From: Catajapyx aquilonaris
Taxonomy: Eukaryota
Direction: 5' to 3'
Assembly (NCBI GenBank): GCA_000934665.2
Contig: KZ538494.1
Location: 124,001-188,000, forward strand
DNA length: 64,000 bases
Below are positions 15,001 through 28,500 of the stretch, one piece after another. Position 1 is the stretch's first letter; every line of letters begins with the position of its first letter. Both the position numbers and the translations under genes were made by a program. The notes beneath the pieces are model-generated. The model saw only the letters and a program-made list of their open reading frames with translations, was not told where the DNA came from and searched no databases.

Positions 15001-16988
15001 TGGACCAAAACAAGCTGACCAGTGATCACATTGACGCTCGTAATAAGCCATCCACTACCTGCCATTCCCATAAGGCTAAAAAAAAAGTAGAGGGGAGGAT
15101 AGGGGAAGTAGAAAGAGAGAGGAGCAAAATCCCTAATGTGATTTGAGAAGTGGGAGCCATAGATCGCAAGAGGCGCGTCATATAGTGACACCTAGGCTGC
15201 AGCGTCCCTGGAGATGATGTCATAAAAGCCAGGTTGGGGGGCCACAGGAAGGAGGGAGGAGGAGAAGATCATGAGCTTTATTTATTTATGAGAGGTGAGG
15301 TGAGGTGGGGATGGGGATGGTAGGCCGCAAACCTATCCACCAACATATTTCAACTCTACCACCCTACACCTACCCCCCTCGCACCCCCTGAAGAGCGCGA
15401 AATTTATCACCACTTTGGCACTTGGCTTTCTGCATTTGCCATGCGGGGGGGCCCTCCCCCTCCCTACCCAAAAATGGGAGGAGGAGAAGGAGGTGGAGGG
15501 GGGAGGAGGGGAGGCGACGGCGAGGGAATGAAAGATGATGATTCCCAGCCTCCCCTTTGTGCTCTGGGGAAAGAGGACGGTTGTCATGGCAACTCCCAAG
15601 TCTTCTTAGGCCCAACCATAAACTTACTTTCAATTTTCCAACTGCCCCCTCCCTCTCCTAATACCTCCCCAGCCCCAGCCCCCCCGGTACTACCACTGTC
15701 TCAGCAGATGCTGCTTAAGAGAAAAGGGAGGAGCAAGCCGATAACCCTCCTTTTCTTCAGATGCTGTCCATTCTTACTCTGCATGACAAACGACTAGGTT
15801 TTTCTCTCCCAATTTTACAGCATACAATTTTCAGATTCCACTGCCAGTAATAGACCAAAAGCATCAATAATACTGGTCAGTGCTAGTAGTGTCCAGTTAT
15901 TTTGACATCTCCCAAAATTTGCAACAATAATGCTAATGGCTATAATGAAGAACACAAGGTGTAGCTCCCTGGTCGCACAGTAATGCGAAAATGCAAAACA
16001 GGCTAAGTACGGCTGTCGGCTTTGTTAGCATAGAAATGTTAACTCGTGCTGACAGCAGATGGGGAATAAAAGGAGTAACATTTTACTACGCCCCCTTTTT
16101 TTTATCTGGCAACAAAAGCAATTAAATTCACCGACATTCTAATCGGCTCGGATATTGATCGGATTGGCTCCAGAGGGAAGCTCGTGCGAAAATTGCTAGC
16201 AAATATCCAGTAAATAGATTCCGACCATTCAATTCTACCCCAGCAGCATCTGTTCCCAGCATCCCAAGCCTGAAGATTGGGTGTCACCTGAAGGGGGCGT
16301 ATAGTCTCGTCCCCGGATACCCCTTACAAGCCTTAAAACATAGCTTGGGCACATCAAACCCAAAATTATGCCATCGTTTTTCAGGCTAACTCCCGAGCCA
16401 AGTTGGACGGCAGTAACCGCAGAACACGAGCCCAAATTGCGGGGTTGTATGTGTCCTAAATTATAAGCAATACTACAGTACTGCGGCCACAAAAATGTTT
16501 CATAAAAAACAATTAACTTACCAAACACGAGTCGCACTCTTTTATATCGGGTTGTACGAAGCTGTAGCTATCGCTTACTACGAAGTTATTGTCAGCAATT
16601 TTGTGTCCAAAGTCGGAGTGATAATGATCTTTTGTTGCGGTGGTCCACAGAGAGAAAAAAAAAATGTGGGAGGGTTTTGGAGGTGGGGGGACCTCACAAC
16701 TCATTGCGGTATAGAGCTGAATGGCTGCGGCTTTTCTCTCCGGCACGGCTCATAATAGAGTTTGGGAGGCCAATAAATCAAGAGTTTGTTTAGGTTTGGG
16801 ATGACCTCAGCAGCTCACGGGAGGAGGAAAAATTTCCCGCTATACACTCTTGTCGTAACTCATTTCACGGGTTTCATTATCTGGAGGTTCACACGACGTG
16901 AACTTTCGGAATATAAGTTACACAGTCTAAGACTATATACTGTGTGTCATTAGAGTTTGACGCGAACCCGGACACATCATGACGTGAT

Positions 16989-17018
16989 GAGAGGAATTTC
17001 GCAGAGAGGAATTTCGCA
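16989..17018. repeat. Perfect 15-bp tandem duplication (GAGAGGAATTTCGCA)x2
   Basis: Read directly at 16989-17003 and 17004-17018. Confidence 0.9.
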
Positions 17019-20000
17019 ACAAAGACAAGAGATGTTGTTCCGTTGCTGATATTGCACATATATGGCCAATAATAAACGTAATAAGGACTTATTTAATCCT
17101 CCAATTCCTGCAGCGTATAATTTCAAGTTTAAAACTATCTCAGATGATCACTTTGCTACGCGCCAGTAGACGGAAATCCTCTGAGTTTTGTGACTATGTA
17201 GCGCCCGAGGCGTTGAATCGAAGAAACGTCATCAAGATAGGCCGAGCTTTTGTACAATGATAAAAATTCCGGCACAAGCCAATTGCGATGGGTGGAAATA
17301 TCCGGGAATGGCTGCGTTGCCAACGATGGCAAAGCTTTTCCAAAATCGATCCTTTCTCGCAGGTTCGCTACCAGACAGCACAGGAATGAATAAAAAGAAA
17401 AAAAGAAGAAAAAAAAACGTGGCCAGGGAGGCAACACAGGAGGTAGGCGGTGGGAGTGAGGAACACCGGCTCTTCTTCTTTCCCCATTCAATATTTATCG
17501 CGCTATTGGATTTCCCGCTGCCATTTTTCCAGGCGTTGCCCATCAATCGAAGCCTCTCCCCTCTCCCCACTCTTCCCCCTCCAGCCAGCACAATTTTTTG
17601 CTAGTCTCTCCTTACCTGTCCTGAAGGGATGGAACCGGTTACTTCAATAGCAGGCACAATGTCCTGGAATGTTGACACATTTATACCATGTTGCATATCC
17701 TGCCCCTGGTTATTGCTGTGGTTTCATCACCAGGATCCAGCTGAATCATTATGTATGCTCAGCTGGCCCGCAAAATTTAAATATAAAAAAAACCTGGAAG
17801 GCACCATTAAAACTGGGAAACCCGATGTCTGTGTAACTTGGTGAGAGTCTCCTATTTAAAATTGATAAAAGCTTCCACGGCCTCTTCCCAAATCTCCATG
17901 TAGCCCAACTGATACGTATCCTCAATGTCTTCATCAGTTGGTTACACCCAGTAGAGAACTTTCCTCCTCCAGTTATCTTACCCAGCATTAGTTGCGGCTT
18001 CTACAGTACTGAGCTTTCCAACTCTCAGCATCAAAGCTGAAATAATCACTTTGCCATGCCAGAAGCCGGTCACGCCAAAGCAAAGGTACCGGTGAACTAC
18101 CGGATCCTGTATAGACAGTCGAAGGAAAAAGCGATAGCTTGGTATTCCCTCAGCACATTCCCTATAGGAGAATGGACAGCGATTTTTGTAGGGGGTTTTA
18201 GTGGGATGTGGAGCAAGTAAGAGCGGTGGTTGGCGAGGCGATTTGGTCGAGTCCTGGTCGACTTTGCAGCCGCATCATTTAGGGAATGCGCTCAGGGGAC
18301 ACATCCGTCTGGCAATTAGAGGCCGCAGTAGCCTCCGGGCTCCAACGCCCATCCTCAAGCAAAGGGACCTTCCAAAATTGAGGCCGTGGCCCATCCCAGT
18401 AGTATAGCCAGGAGGTGTGACAATGCTGCCAACCATCGCCCGCGGGCAAATACACAGCGCATAAATCTCTCTGTACTACTCAATTTTTGACCGCGATTCA
18501 TCTTGGACAAACCTAGTCCCATGTTTGAAACAATTAATCCTTTGCACAACTAATTGAAACAACGTGTGGCTGCCAGGCAGCGCTGCCGCGATTAGCGAAG
18601 TTGATAAGCTGCTTACGTTCTGAAAAGGCAGAACGGAAACACATAAACGAAGTTCTGTACACAATGGGTTACATCCTGGCAAACCTCAATCTCAAAATGT
18701 CATACTTAACAGATACGATAGACTACAATCAAAACAAAGATAAATCCTTGTAATGACTAATGATATATGAAATAAGTGATAATGAGTTACACGGTACAGT
18801 GGGAAATAACTGTACGTGTCTGAATATATCCCCTGGATCTTCAGGTTGGAGAAGAAGAATGGGGACAGTTCCGTCACTTCTCAGCAGCGTAATAAAGTAA
18901 AATAAAGTGCGCAACACGTGTAGACGGGGCATTATTGCTTGCGTCCAATTTCTTGCCTCCCATTTTTCCTCCAGACCACTTTTACTGCATTCAACCCCTT
19001 ATTAAGAAAAATGAGGCACTACTCCGCTCCGCCAGCACCATGCCGCGCTCCTTTTCTTCCCTCCCCTGCCGGGAAAGTTAAACTTTTTTAAAAAATATGG
19101 TGAACGTCGTCATATTCGGACAACTTTCGCATAACTTCTGCGGCTTTTATATGAGCTGGCGTATTTTTTTCGCGACAATAAAAATGGATCTAATCGATTG
19201 CGATTCTTCACTGCAGAGCTCCACTGTGGATCAAAAGTCGACAATTTCACATTTCATCCGAAATTCTAGCGACAAAAGTGGGTCATTGATTTTTAAAATA
19301 CGACAAAGAACTTTTTCCAGAAAAGTACAAGTAACAGTAGATGATGTGCATCGATATTGGAATTTATGTGATCTTTGTCCTTGTTAAGCGTTACAAAATA
19401 TGTAGGTAATATTGAAAAAGCGTGATTGAAAGTAAGAAAAGGTTTCATATCCAGGCGATTCAATGATATAACTTGGACGGCAATGTCTATAGTTCTGTAC
19501 ATCAGACATCATATAACATCAGACTGTAAAACAGCCACCAATATTAATGGTGATACAGATCATTCTTAAAGTGTCAAAAAAGACCTCATTCGTTATTTTC
19601 CAAAGCTTATACAAGCCTTATTCAGAGTAAGGGTGAAAATATCCTACAAATTCTAATCCCAGAATTTTTCATGCAGAGATTACTGAGTGCTTTTGTGATA
19701 TAAATTGTGCAGTCGGAACGCTGGAGTAAGGCAGAAGAAGTAAAGAATTATTCCTGAACTTGAATCCGAAGTGCAGTATTTAGTATCCCCACAGGCTTCT
19801 CTGCAACGAGGAAATATGGAGGCGGTGAAGTCAATGGGGATTAGAGAGAATAACGAGCTGTGGGCGAGGGGCTAGTGGATAGGGTGGGGATGGAAGGCAA
19901 ATTGAAAATGCATCAATGGGGGTGGATTAGAGACACGAAGGGCTCATTCTGTCCCAGAAATCACATTTTCCCCTTTACTTAGCGTCGGGCTTTCTACCCA

Positions 20001-22537
20001 TGTGGATGGCTATGAGGCAAAAGCCTGCCTCCTGAAATCTCATCCATTTGATTCCGATGGCCGCAGCCAACAGGGGCAGGGAGGGAAGCAAGCAAACCGA
20101 TGAAAAGGGTCCAAGAGAGAACCTAAAAAACAACAAGAGAGAGAAACATGGCCTTAGCGGAGTGGTCTCCACTTCCTCGAGAAAATGCGTGGGCGGTCCC
20201 TAGGCGCATAAAGCCTTTCAGGAATGAAAAAAAGAAGAACAGAAAGGTTCTTTGCAATATTCAAGCACCCAGGCAGGAAATGAGCCTTTGGCCCATTTGC
20301 CACGCGCTCTTGCCCACGCCCTCTAATATCTCCTCTTATGCTCATTTCTAACTACACGCAACAAAAAAAACCTGCTCGAAGATGCCAAGCGTAGAATGGG
20401 TGAGGGAAGCAAAGGGATGGGCCGAGGGGGCTACATTTGCCTACACACATCAGAATACCTGAACATAAAGGCGCAGCCCAATTTAGTTTACCTTTCGCTT
20501 ATTCATCTAATGAATATTACATCCTACGGCTAGTCGGGGTCAGGAGATGTGTTGCGCAGGGGCATCGACCTTATGAGGAATATTCATAACATATTGCGTT
20601 TCATTGCTCCCAACTCCGAACCGACGAAACCCTCATAACAAAACGATAAGTCTTGAAGCGTTTAAGAACACTGCACAGAGTATAGTAATCTCTACTGTAT
20701 TCACAAGCTATCACAATACAGCATACATTTTAATAGTCTAACACTGCAGGCAAGACAAATAGCACATGAGAATAACGTCCGTTATTTCCACGTGGAAGAG
20801 AATAGGGTACAGCAGTTAATTGTCCCAGGTGAACATAATATCAGCATGCCTTTACGATGTACATGAACCTTTTCTAAGGTTCGTTATGCATACTTGGTGG
20901 TACATTTTCTGAGCGTCCAACAGCTCCGAAACAAGAAAGACTCCCAGGTCTGGAAATAAATCGCGAGCCAGCAGCAGCCATAAAGCGATCCTAGCCAGCC
21001 ATCAAAAAACTTATGGCCCATTTGACAACTGCATCGCATTATGACTCTCCTCGCACGCCGACTCAAACCGTCTGGATCTATTCAAGCTCTCCGTCTGCTA
21101 TTCCTCTCATTTCCTTCCACGTCCTTAACGAGAAACCTGAAGCTTATATTGCCACCAGCTGTAAACATTATTCCCCTTCCCCGTACACGCAACCGAATTC
21201 TGTCCATGTTCTTCCTTCAGTCGATACAAAGGGTTTTATTAAATCATGAAAAGTTGGGAAATGACTTTTATTAATCATACCGACTATATGAACGCCTGGA
21301 TAAATGAAGTCCTATATTTGTGACTGTCTCACTGAATGAAAACGCAGATATGTATCATTCACTAATGATAATTAATAATTAATTTTTAGCTTCCGATGTC
21401 ATATACGGGATAGTAGTTGTAACTTTTGTTAAATATTCCGAATGCAAATGGGCGATTGGAGTCAACTGTTTGTGCAAAACACTCTCGTCTCCATTGCGGA
21501 TGAATCTCTAGGTTAGCCTGAGTTGAAAGTCTGCAAGGCATCAAGTTAGGATGACGGTATCAAAAAACTTTGGTTGATCTATATGACAGAGAGGTAAGTA
21601 ATTAACCCTGTGTTTACCCTATCCTCGGACCCTTCCCCGCCCTCAAGGCCCGCAGGCAACTTGAGGAAATTCGATTAGCCTATGAAAATGATTCGATATG
21701 CATTATGCATGACCAGGTCCCACCCATCCTCTCGGCCCCTTTAAGAGCTCCCAGATGACGAGCTCGACGCCGACAGGATGTCAATGCTCACTTCACTCAC
21801 TCATCAGCACCATCATATTCCAAAATCCTGATAAAGGAGTCCTCCTTCGAAATACACACTAGTCTCATATCTCGTCGGAATATTACAATCATATAACAGT
21901 AGGTTCCTCCAAATCCGAGCTATTCTTTCTGACATGTTCAAGAGCGATGTCCGTTCAAGTCGAAATTATTGCAATTATTCAACTTTCACGCATATAACTC
22001 ATTAATGTGACACCAAACTGTCATTTAAAGTAAGCTCTAAATTAAACTTAATTATGCAAGTCCCCCATCTCCATATCTATAACGTGACATAATCAGGATA
22101 AATGAAAGCAACCGCTCTCCCGATCTCAATCCAGTTCTTCATTATACAACATGAAATGACAAGGGAAAGTTGAATCACACCGAGCGCAAATTATGTTCGT
22201 TTCGAAAGCCGAAAGTCAAAGACAACACCAGAGACTTCAATTAGTTGACTAATTCTGGAAGAGAACACGTACGGTACACTGCAAGGACGCTGCTCTCTAG
22301 AAGATGTACTGTAGTAAAATGCTGCAGCTGAATCATCAGTACTCGTGAGTGGGAGTTACTGCATATGAAATGTCAGAGGTCAGCGATGAGTGCATTGGAA
22401 TGATGACCACCTGAGAGCATGCAGTTTTCGAAACCCTACACGTATGGTGTCATTGTAGCGGTACTCCAAAGGTATGTGAATATACCAGCATATTGTTGCG
22501 CCATACTATCCCCATAATACAACAAAACAGCTTCAAA

Positions 22538-22558
22538 CCCCCCCCCCCCCCCCCCCCN
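22538..22558. repeat. Poly-C tract (C20) ending in an ambiguous N
   Basis: Read directly; the N suggests assembly uncertainty at the homopolymer. Confidence 0.95.
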
Positions 22559-25500
22559 GCGCTTCAGATTTCGCGGTGCCAGCTAGCATTGCAGGTCGGT
22601 GAGGTTGAAATGCGAATTGCGGAATGTGTTAGGTGGTGAAGCCGCACTTCTTCCGCCCAAGTTCAAACCGAACCCGACCTCTAGTGATGAGGCTGAAAGC
22701 CCAAGTGGAAACCAGAGCTTGCGTTTTGGCGGGCGAGCAACAGAACAAAGGACCGAAACACACAAAAAAAGAGAGGGGGCGGCACGGATCCTTTGCGCTA
22801 TTTGATGGCGGGGGTCTCTCGGTCCTTGTCCGCACAGATCCCACAATTCCCCGCTCGCTCTTTGAAATACGACACGGGTCAGACGCAGCTTGCACTCTTG
22901 CGCTTCACCAAACCGCAAAACCCGATCCGCTTGCCACTTATTTCCTTCCATCCTATGAGCGAGGGTAAATACGTGGGTACTACGCCTGCATGCCCTCATA
23001 TGTGCAGCTACCACGCTTATAAGTTTTGCTCTGCGGGTTACGACGCTGCGTCCCAAGTTGCGCCTTGCCCTTGCGTCTCATTATTACTCAGTCGGGACAA
23101 AACCAGTGCTTGAAGCAAACAGTATAAACATTGGCACACTTTTTTTTTTACGTTCACCTATACGCAGCTATCGACTTGCACATCTGTTGGTCAACAATTT
23201 ACTGGATCAGTGTAAATCTGTTGAATTGCCACCATAATTGTCGAAGTATTACGGAAGGGTAGCAATCTTCACCCGGGTTTGATAAATCGACCAAAGTATC
23301 GTCAAAACTATTGAGACAATATCCATTACGAACTTTAGGCCTCATCCATAGCAAGTCTGGCGCCATTACGGGGGAGTTGCAGAACATTCTACCCATCCAA
23401 CCAATCACATTGACTTCGATAATAGCCTGGCCTGTTAAGTTGCGTCGTCAAACGATGCAAAACTCTGCAGTTGGATTCATTATAACCTCAGGCGAAAATA
23501 GAGTATCTCATACGTTTTACAAAAGTCTAGCCTTATTTGGTGGCATGCTCATTGAAGTTGGTCTTTTCCGCGTAGTGCAACAATCGACTTGGGTCATTCT
23601 CTCCAGATGAGTCCAAATGTGGATGCAAATAGCGAAAACTGACAGTTATGTGAGTGCATATACCTTTGAAGTCTAATCCCTTCTGGCACCTCCACTGATT
23701 GTATATGCAAAGCAGCATGGTACAGTGTGCCATAAATATAAACTACGATTTAATTTCCGGAAGTATACATTACATTAACGCTGAGCTATTTTTGAGCTAT
23801 ATACACACTACTGTGGAGGGTAAAAGAATTCACAGACCATTGGGCATATGAATATTTTGCATGCCAGCACGTATATAATGTCACAATAACTGAAATGCTT
23901 TTTCATACGAGCTCACGTGAAGTATAGTCTGGGGATCGTTTCCAGCCCTTTTATTTCTCATAGGTATGTAGATAACACCTCATTATTCATGTTACAATCA
24001 GACTAATAGTGAAAGAAAAAATTATATGTGATTCTCTGAAAGAGAAGGAACTGATACATGCCAACAACTCTCATCAACAATAACTGCCAAACCTAGAGCA
24101 AATGCTCTGTGACTGAAGCAACTTGGACGCGATTGAAGAAAATGTCGATTGACTAAAATATAATTCGGGAAAGTGTAAATATAAATTGACAACCAAAGGC
24201 AATAGTAATCAAGTGACAACTTCATGACTTGCAATTGGGCATCCTACCAGCATATGTACTCTACTTGAGGTCTTATCAGTAAGGATAAGGACTGCTGCAC
24301 ATCACTGCTTTTCTTCACTGGAAGAAACTATAACTTTCCAATTTTTCAATTGGAGTCATTTCCATAAGAGCTGCTTAAAAATGTGAGGTACTCCAATTTC
24401 CCAACTAGATGCTGTTTGCCAAGCAGCTATTCTCAAACCGCAGTTCTATGCCTGTATCACAATACTGTTACTAGTGTTGATGAAATGGTCCTTTTATGCC
24501 CTGAATTGAAATAAATCACATCCTCGACACTGGCAATTGTCCAACTGGAACCATTGGCGTTCAAGGTCAAAAATTGAACTACCTCTTATTCTTGAATAGG
24601 TCCCAAACATGCACGCTTCCATTTCCAGGCAATATTTTTCTGCCTCTGAAAGTAACTGCTTAATAAAAAGCAGCTAGTGACGAAAGTTCCGCTGGAATAT
24701 CGTCCATACCCACAACAGAAAACTTACGTGTTACGACTATTACAGAAGTAACACAAACTTTTCTTACACATTACAAAAACTTGCCTACCGTGTATTACAT
24801 CAGCATTTTTTACACCTGTCTAGCTGTGCTCAAAACTGCCAATAATTACTGTCTTACTTTACTGTCTAAAGTATGTTCCCCACTTAAAAACATCCATAAC
24901 ACCGCACATGAGGCCATTACGGGCACTGCTCTTCCCGCGCAGTTCATCACCTTGCGACTAGATCGTACCCCGAAGTGCCATCAACGATGCTACAAACCCA
25001 TGCATCTTCCCCGTTCCCAATTCCACCCACGGAAAAAAAAGGCGCCACAAGTCCAACCAAGCCACACCACGTCCGCCGATCACAGTACGTGCATCTTCTA
25101 TTTTACACTCTGTACTTCCAGCCCAAGACAAGGTCCACACTGGATCAATGCGGGCGAGAAAATAATCCGATGTGAGAGGATATAGGCTAGTGCTTGGGAC
25201 CCGGTTTAATTGAAGGGAGGAAGGTTTAAAGGGGGGTTGCAAGGGAGGTGGGAGGGAGTGACGAATGCGCTGCGTCGCCCGTTCGTCATCGGCATCGCGA
25301 CGCCCGCCGCAACTTAATCAGCGCCGCCTGAATTACGACCCGGGTCCCCAAACTACCTCTAGGGTCTCTCGGTTTATCTAACTAAACCTACTCACGAACA
25401 AAAGGGAAAGAAAGGAGGTCCTTTTTTCACATGGAAAAGTAGGGAAGATCGACCGCCGTCCTCCTGACTCGGAACATCGTTGCGGAAGGGCAGTGCATGT

Positions 25501-28500
25501 GCGGACACCCGAAAACCAGTCTAGTTATCTCGTGTATACGGCATACCGGCTGACATGCAATTAGTGCAGGACTTTCTTTTTCGGGTGTCTGCAGTGTAGT
25601 AAGTGTGCTCAGTCACTCCCTCAACGGAATGACACATTCCCTAGTTGTAGTAATTCGGATTAACTACCGGAATAATGGGGAAACTCGCACATTATCCTGT
25701 GCGAACCGATATACTGTAGCTTACAACCACTCTCATGTAATGAAAACCATTTTTACCCCAGCCTGTGTGTGGGCTACTGAACGCAATGCGCAACGATTCA
25801 AAGATTGTGAATGGTACCATGCAAGTTAAAGACCGGGCCTGTTCAGATGTAAAAGTGGTGCATGCGCTTACTATTGTAGACCTGAAATCCATAGCTACCA
25901 TCTGGCTAAAAGTGACTTAGGTATTGCAAAACGCGGTCCTCGAAAAGTACTTCCTGATTTCCAAGACAGTTTTTAGATAGAGCGATTGCAGGGTCGTCCT
26001 AGAAAAATATCTGCTCTAGATTTCACTGATCCCATATAAGGTAGACTTCATAACAATGCAAAAAAAAAGGCATAAAAAAGTACACGCATACGGAGCAAAA
26101 TAATACTGTATATCATTAATGTCACGGGATATACAGTAACATATATGCTGGGGTTTCACTATTCATGTAAAAATAGTGCGCCCTGTTGTCGTGAAGTAGA
26201 GAAAAAGTCTACTCGAGATAACAATCTCCCTTTCCTATCAACACTGTAATGTAATCAGCGTGCCCCTACGAGAAAAGAGGCGCCATCAAATGATGCCGGA
26301 GTAATACCGTGTTTATGACCTCTCAAAGCTGGTCATAGCCACCAATATCCGTATACAAGTTGCCACGGCCGCCTTTGAAAAATTAATGAAAGACACTTCA
26401 ACCCTTATTGCTTACCGTTGCTTCCGGTGATAATTCCGAGACAAAGCAACCCATGAATGCCTTCACATGCTGTGCCTAAAATCAGCCCAAACCCGCCTAA
26501 ACTTTCATTATTGTTATTAATAAGCTAACCGATTACAAACCAGACAAACCAAGGACAATACCTGAGAGTGAATTTTTAAAATATCACTAATTTTGGGAAA
26601 TGATACTACACTAACTACAGTATACATATCTCAAGATTGGGCTTCTTGAACCTCATCAGCTGCTTAGAGAGTCGTATAAGTGCGAACAAGGTCATTATTA
26701 AAAGTCATAGCTTGAACATATGAGTCTCCCATTGCAATCGGATAATTCCAGCTTTCATTCCTGCTGCAAAAAGCTTCCCCTGGAAGATGGAACCTACTGC
26801 TCGCTTGTACGTACCAAGTGGGCCTATACTTCTGCCCTCTCTCTCTCACCCCTCTCCATTCGAGTAGCGATTTTCTCGTACATTACTCCAGCCTCTCCTT
26901 CAACTGCTTCTGTACAGTACATCTAATTCGCACTTTCGCAGGGTATTAAATTAATACTCGTAGAGCAGATTTCTTCCGTCAAGTGTAAGTAAACTATACA
27001 GTTCATGAGTATACCAAAGCCTGAATATGTATGCCACTGTACTACTCCACTTCAGTGTTTGATTAGAGAGACTACAGTATTTGAATCGCCTAAATAACGT
27101 AAAGCCTATACATATTTCCTCAAAATGAAGCAAGTCATATACGTACTATCACCCATATTCATGCGCCTTTGTTTGCAGCGGCAAGTGGTTACGCCATACG
27201 TTTAGTCGCACGAAAGTAAGCGAAAGAGACCAGGTTGCAACCAAGTGTTCTCTCTGCCCTCTTAGAACGAACATAGACGAGTAAATTAGCGGCATTGTGT
27301 TTTTCCCCTCAGCGAACAGTGTCATCAAGGGAATTCCCATCGACACTCAAGTCGTGTACTAATCCCCTTCTCCTGACAGTGTACATGTAACGTGACCAGT
27401 CTCCAAACGCTCAGCGGACCACTCGTTCCGAGAGAGGAAAAGGGCCTTCGATGCGAAGTGACCTCACCGCTGAAAATCGATCCGTTCGCGTCAAAAGCAA
27501 CACTCCTCATGCATTAAGTTATATTTTCAGGCCTGCATGCCTGCCAGCAGTTATACACACCCTTTTTCCTTTACCCCATCTCCGAAGCCCTTTTTGCCAG
27601 CATTCTTCAATTTAGGTGTTTCCTCGGGTTAGTTGTGCAGGTAGCACCATTCATTATCGTAAAGGCACAAAGTAAATGGAGAGAACGGCAAGGTATAGAC
27701 AGGTCGCAGGTAAATATTGGAAAATGAGGAGCTTGTAGGACGGGGGAGGAAAAGGGCCTCTACATCAACCCTCCCCCACCACCCACTCCAAACCTTCCCT
27801 TCCCCACCCAACCCCTATCGATCCCCCCCTTATAATAAAATTAATTCCCCAGAGGCGCTTCCCGGAATTGCTGCCAAACGAGCCTTACTTTGCTCCCTTC
27901 AAATCCACACTATCAGAAAAGTTAACATAATAGTTTCCGACAAGGCAAAAGGAATATGAAAGCCACCACATTGGGAGCAAATTTTTTTTTGCTATTACTC
28001 GATGCGCTTTTCTTACAATTGAAATGGGAGAACCTGGGTTCTGTCATACAAGTTCGTGCACTGCTTTATTTCCAAGCTTCCGCCAACTCATTTTTCAAAT
28101 ATTCATTAATCTAATGGGATGGGTGGTTTCTTTTCAAACTCTCTCCTCCTGACGTTCTGGCCATACAACCCCATCTTCATGCTAACATCAACTCTTGGAG
28201 AATAAAAAATATGTATAATCTAAACAAAAACCACACCCTCTAATGTAAGCTGCAGCATAGTTATGAATTAACGAGTTCGCTTTTGTAGAAGTATCAGGTC
28301 GATACTAACAAGTAAGTTAGTAAGGGCGCATAATTTCTCGGGTTTAAAATGTACAGTTCATGTAAATAATGTCACATCTTGCTTATCGTACGTTGATGTC
28401 ATTTGAACGTCACAATCCAGCATCCAGATGACTGTCGGCCTAAAAGTCCAACTTGCCAACTGCAGAAATAACGTTGCATTATAGTGGCATTGTATCAAAG

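Noticed and set aside
22684..22705. GTGATGA-GGCTGAAAGCC-CAAG, hammerhead-like
   Set aside because: Three substitutions at conserved core positions; likely chance.
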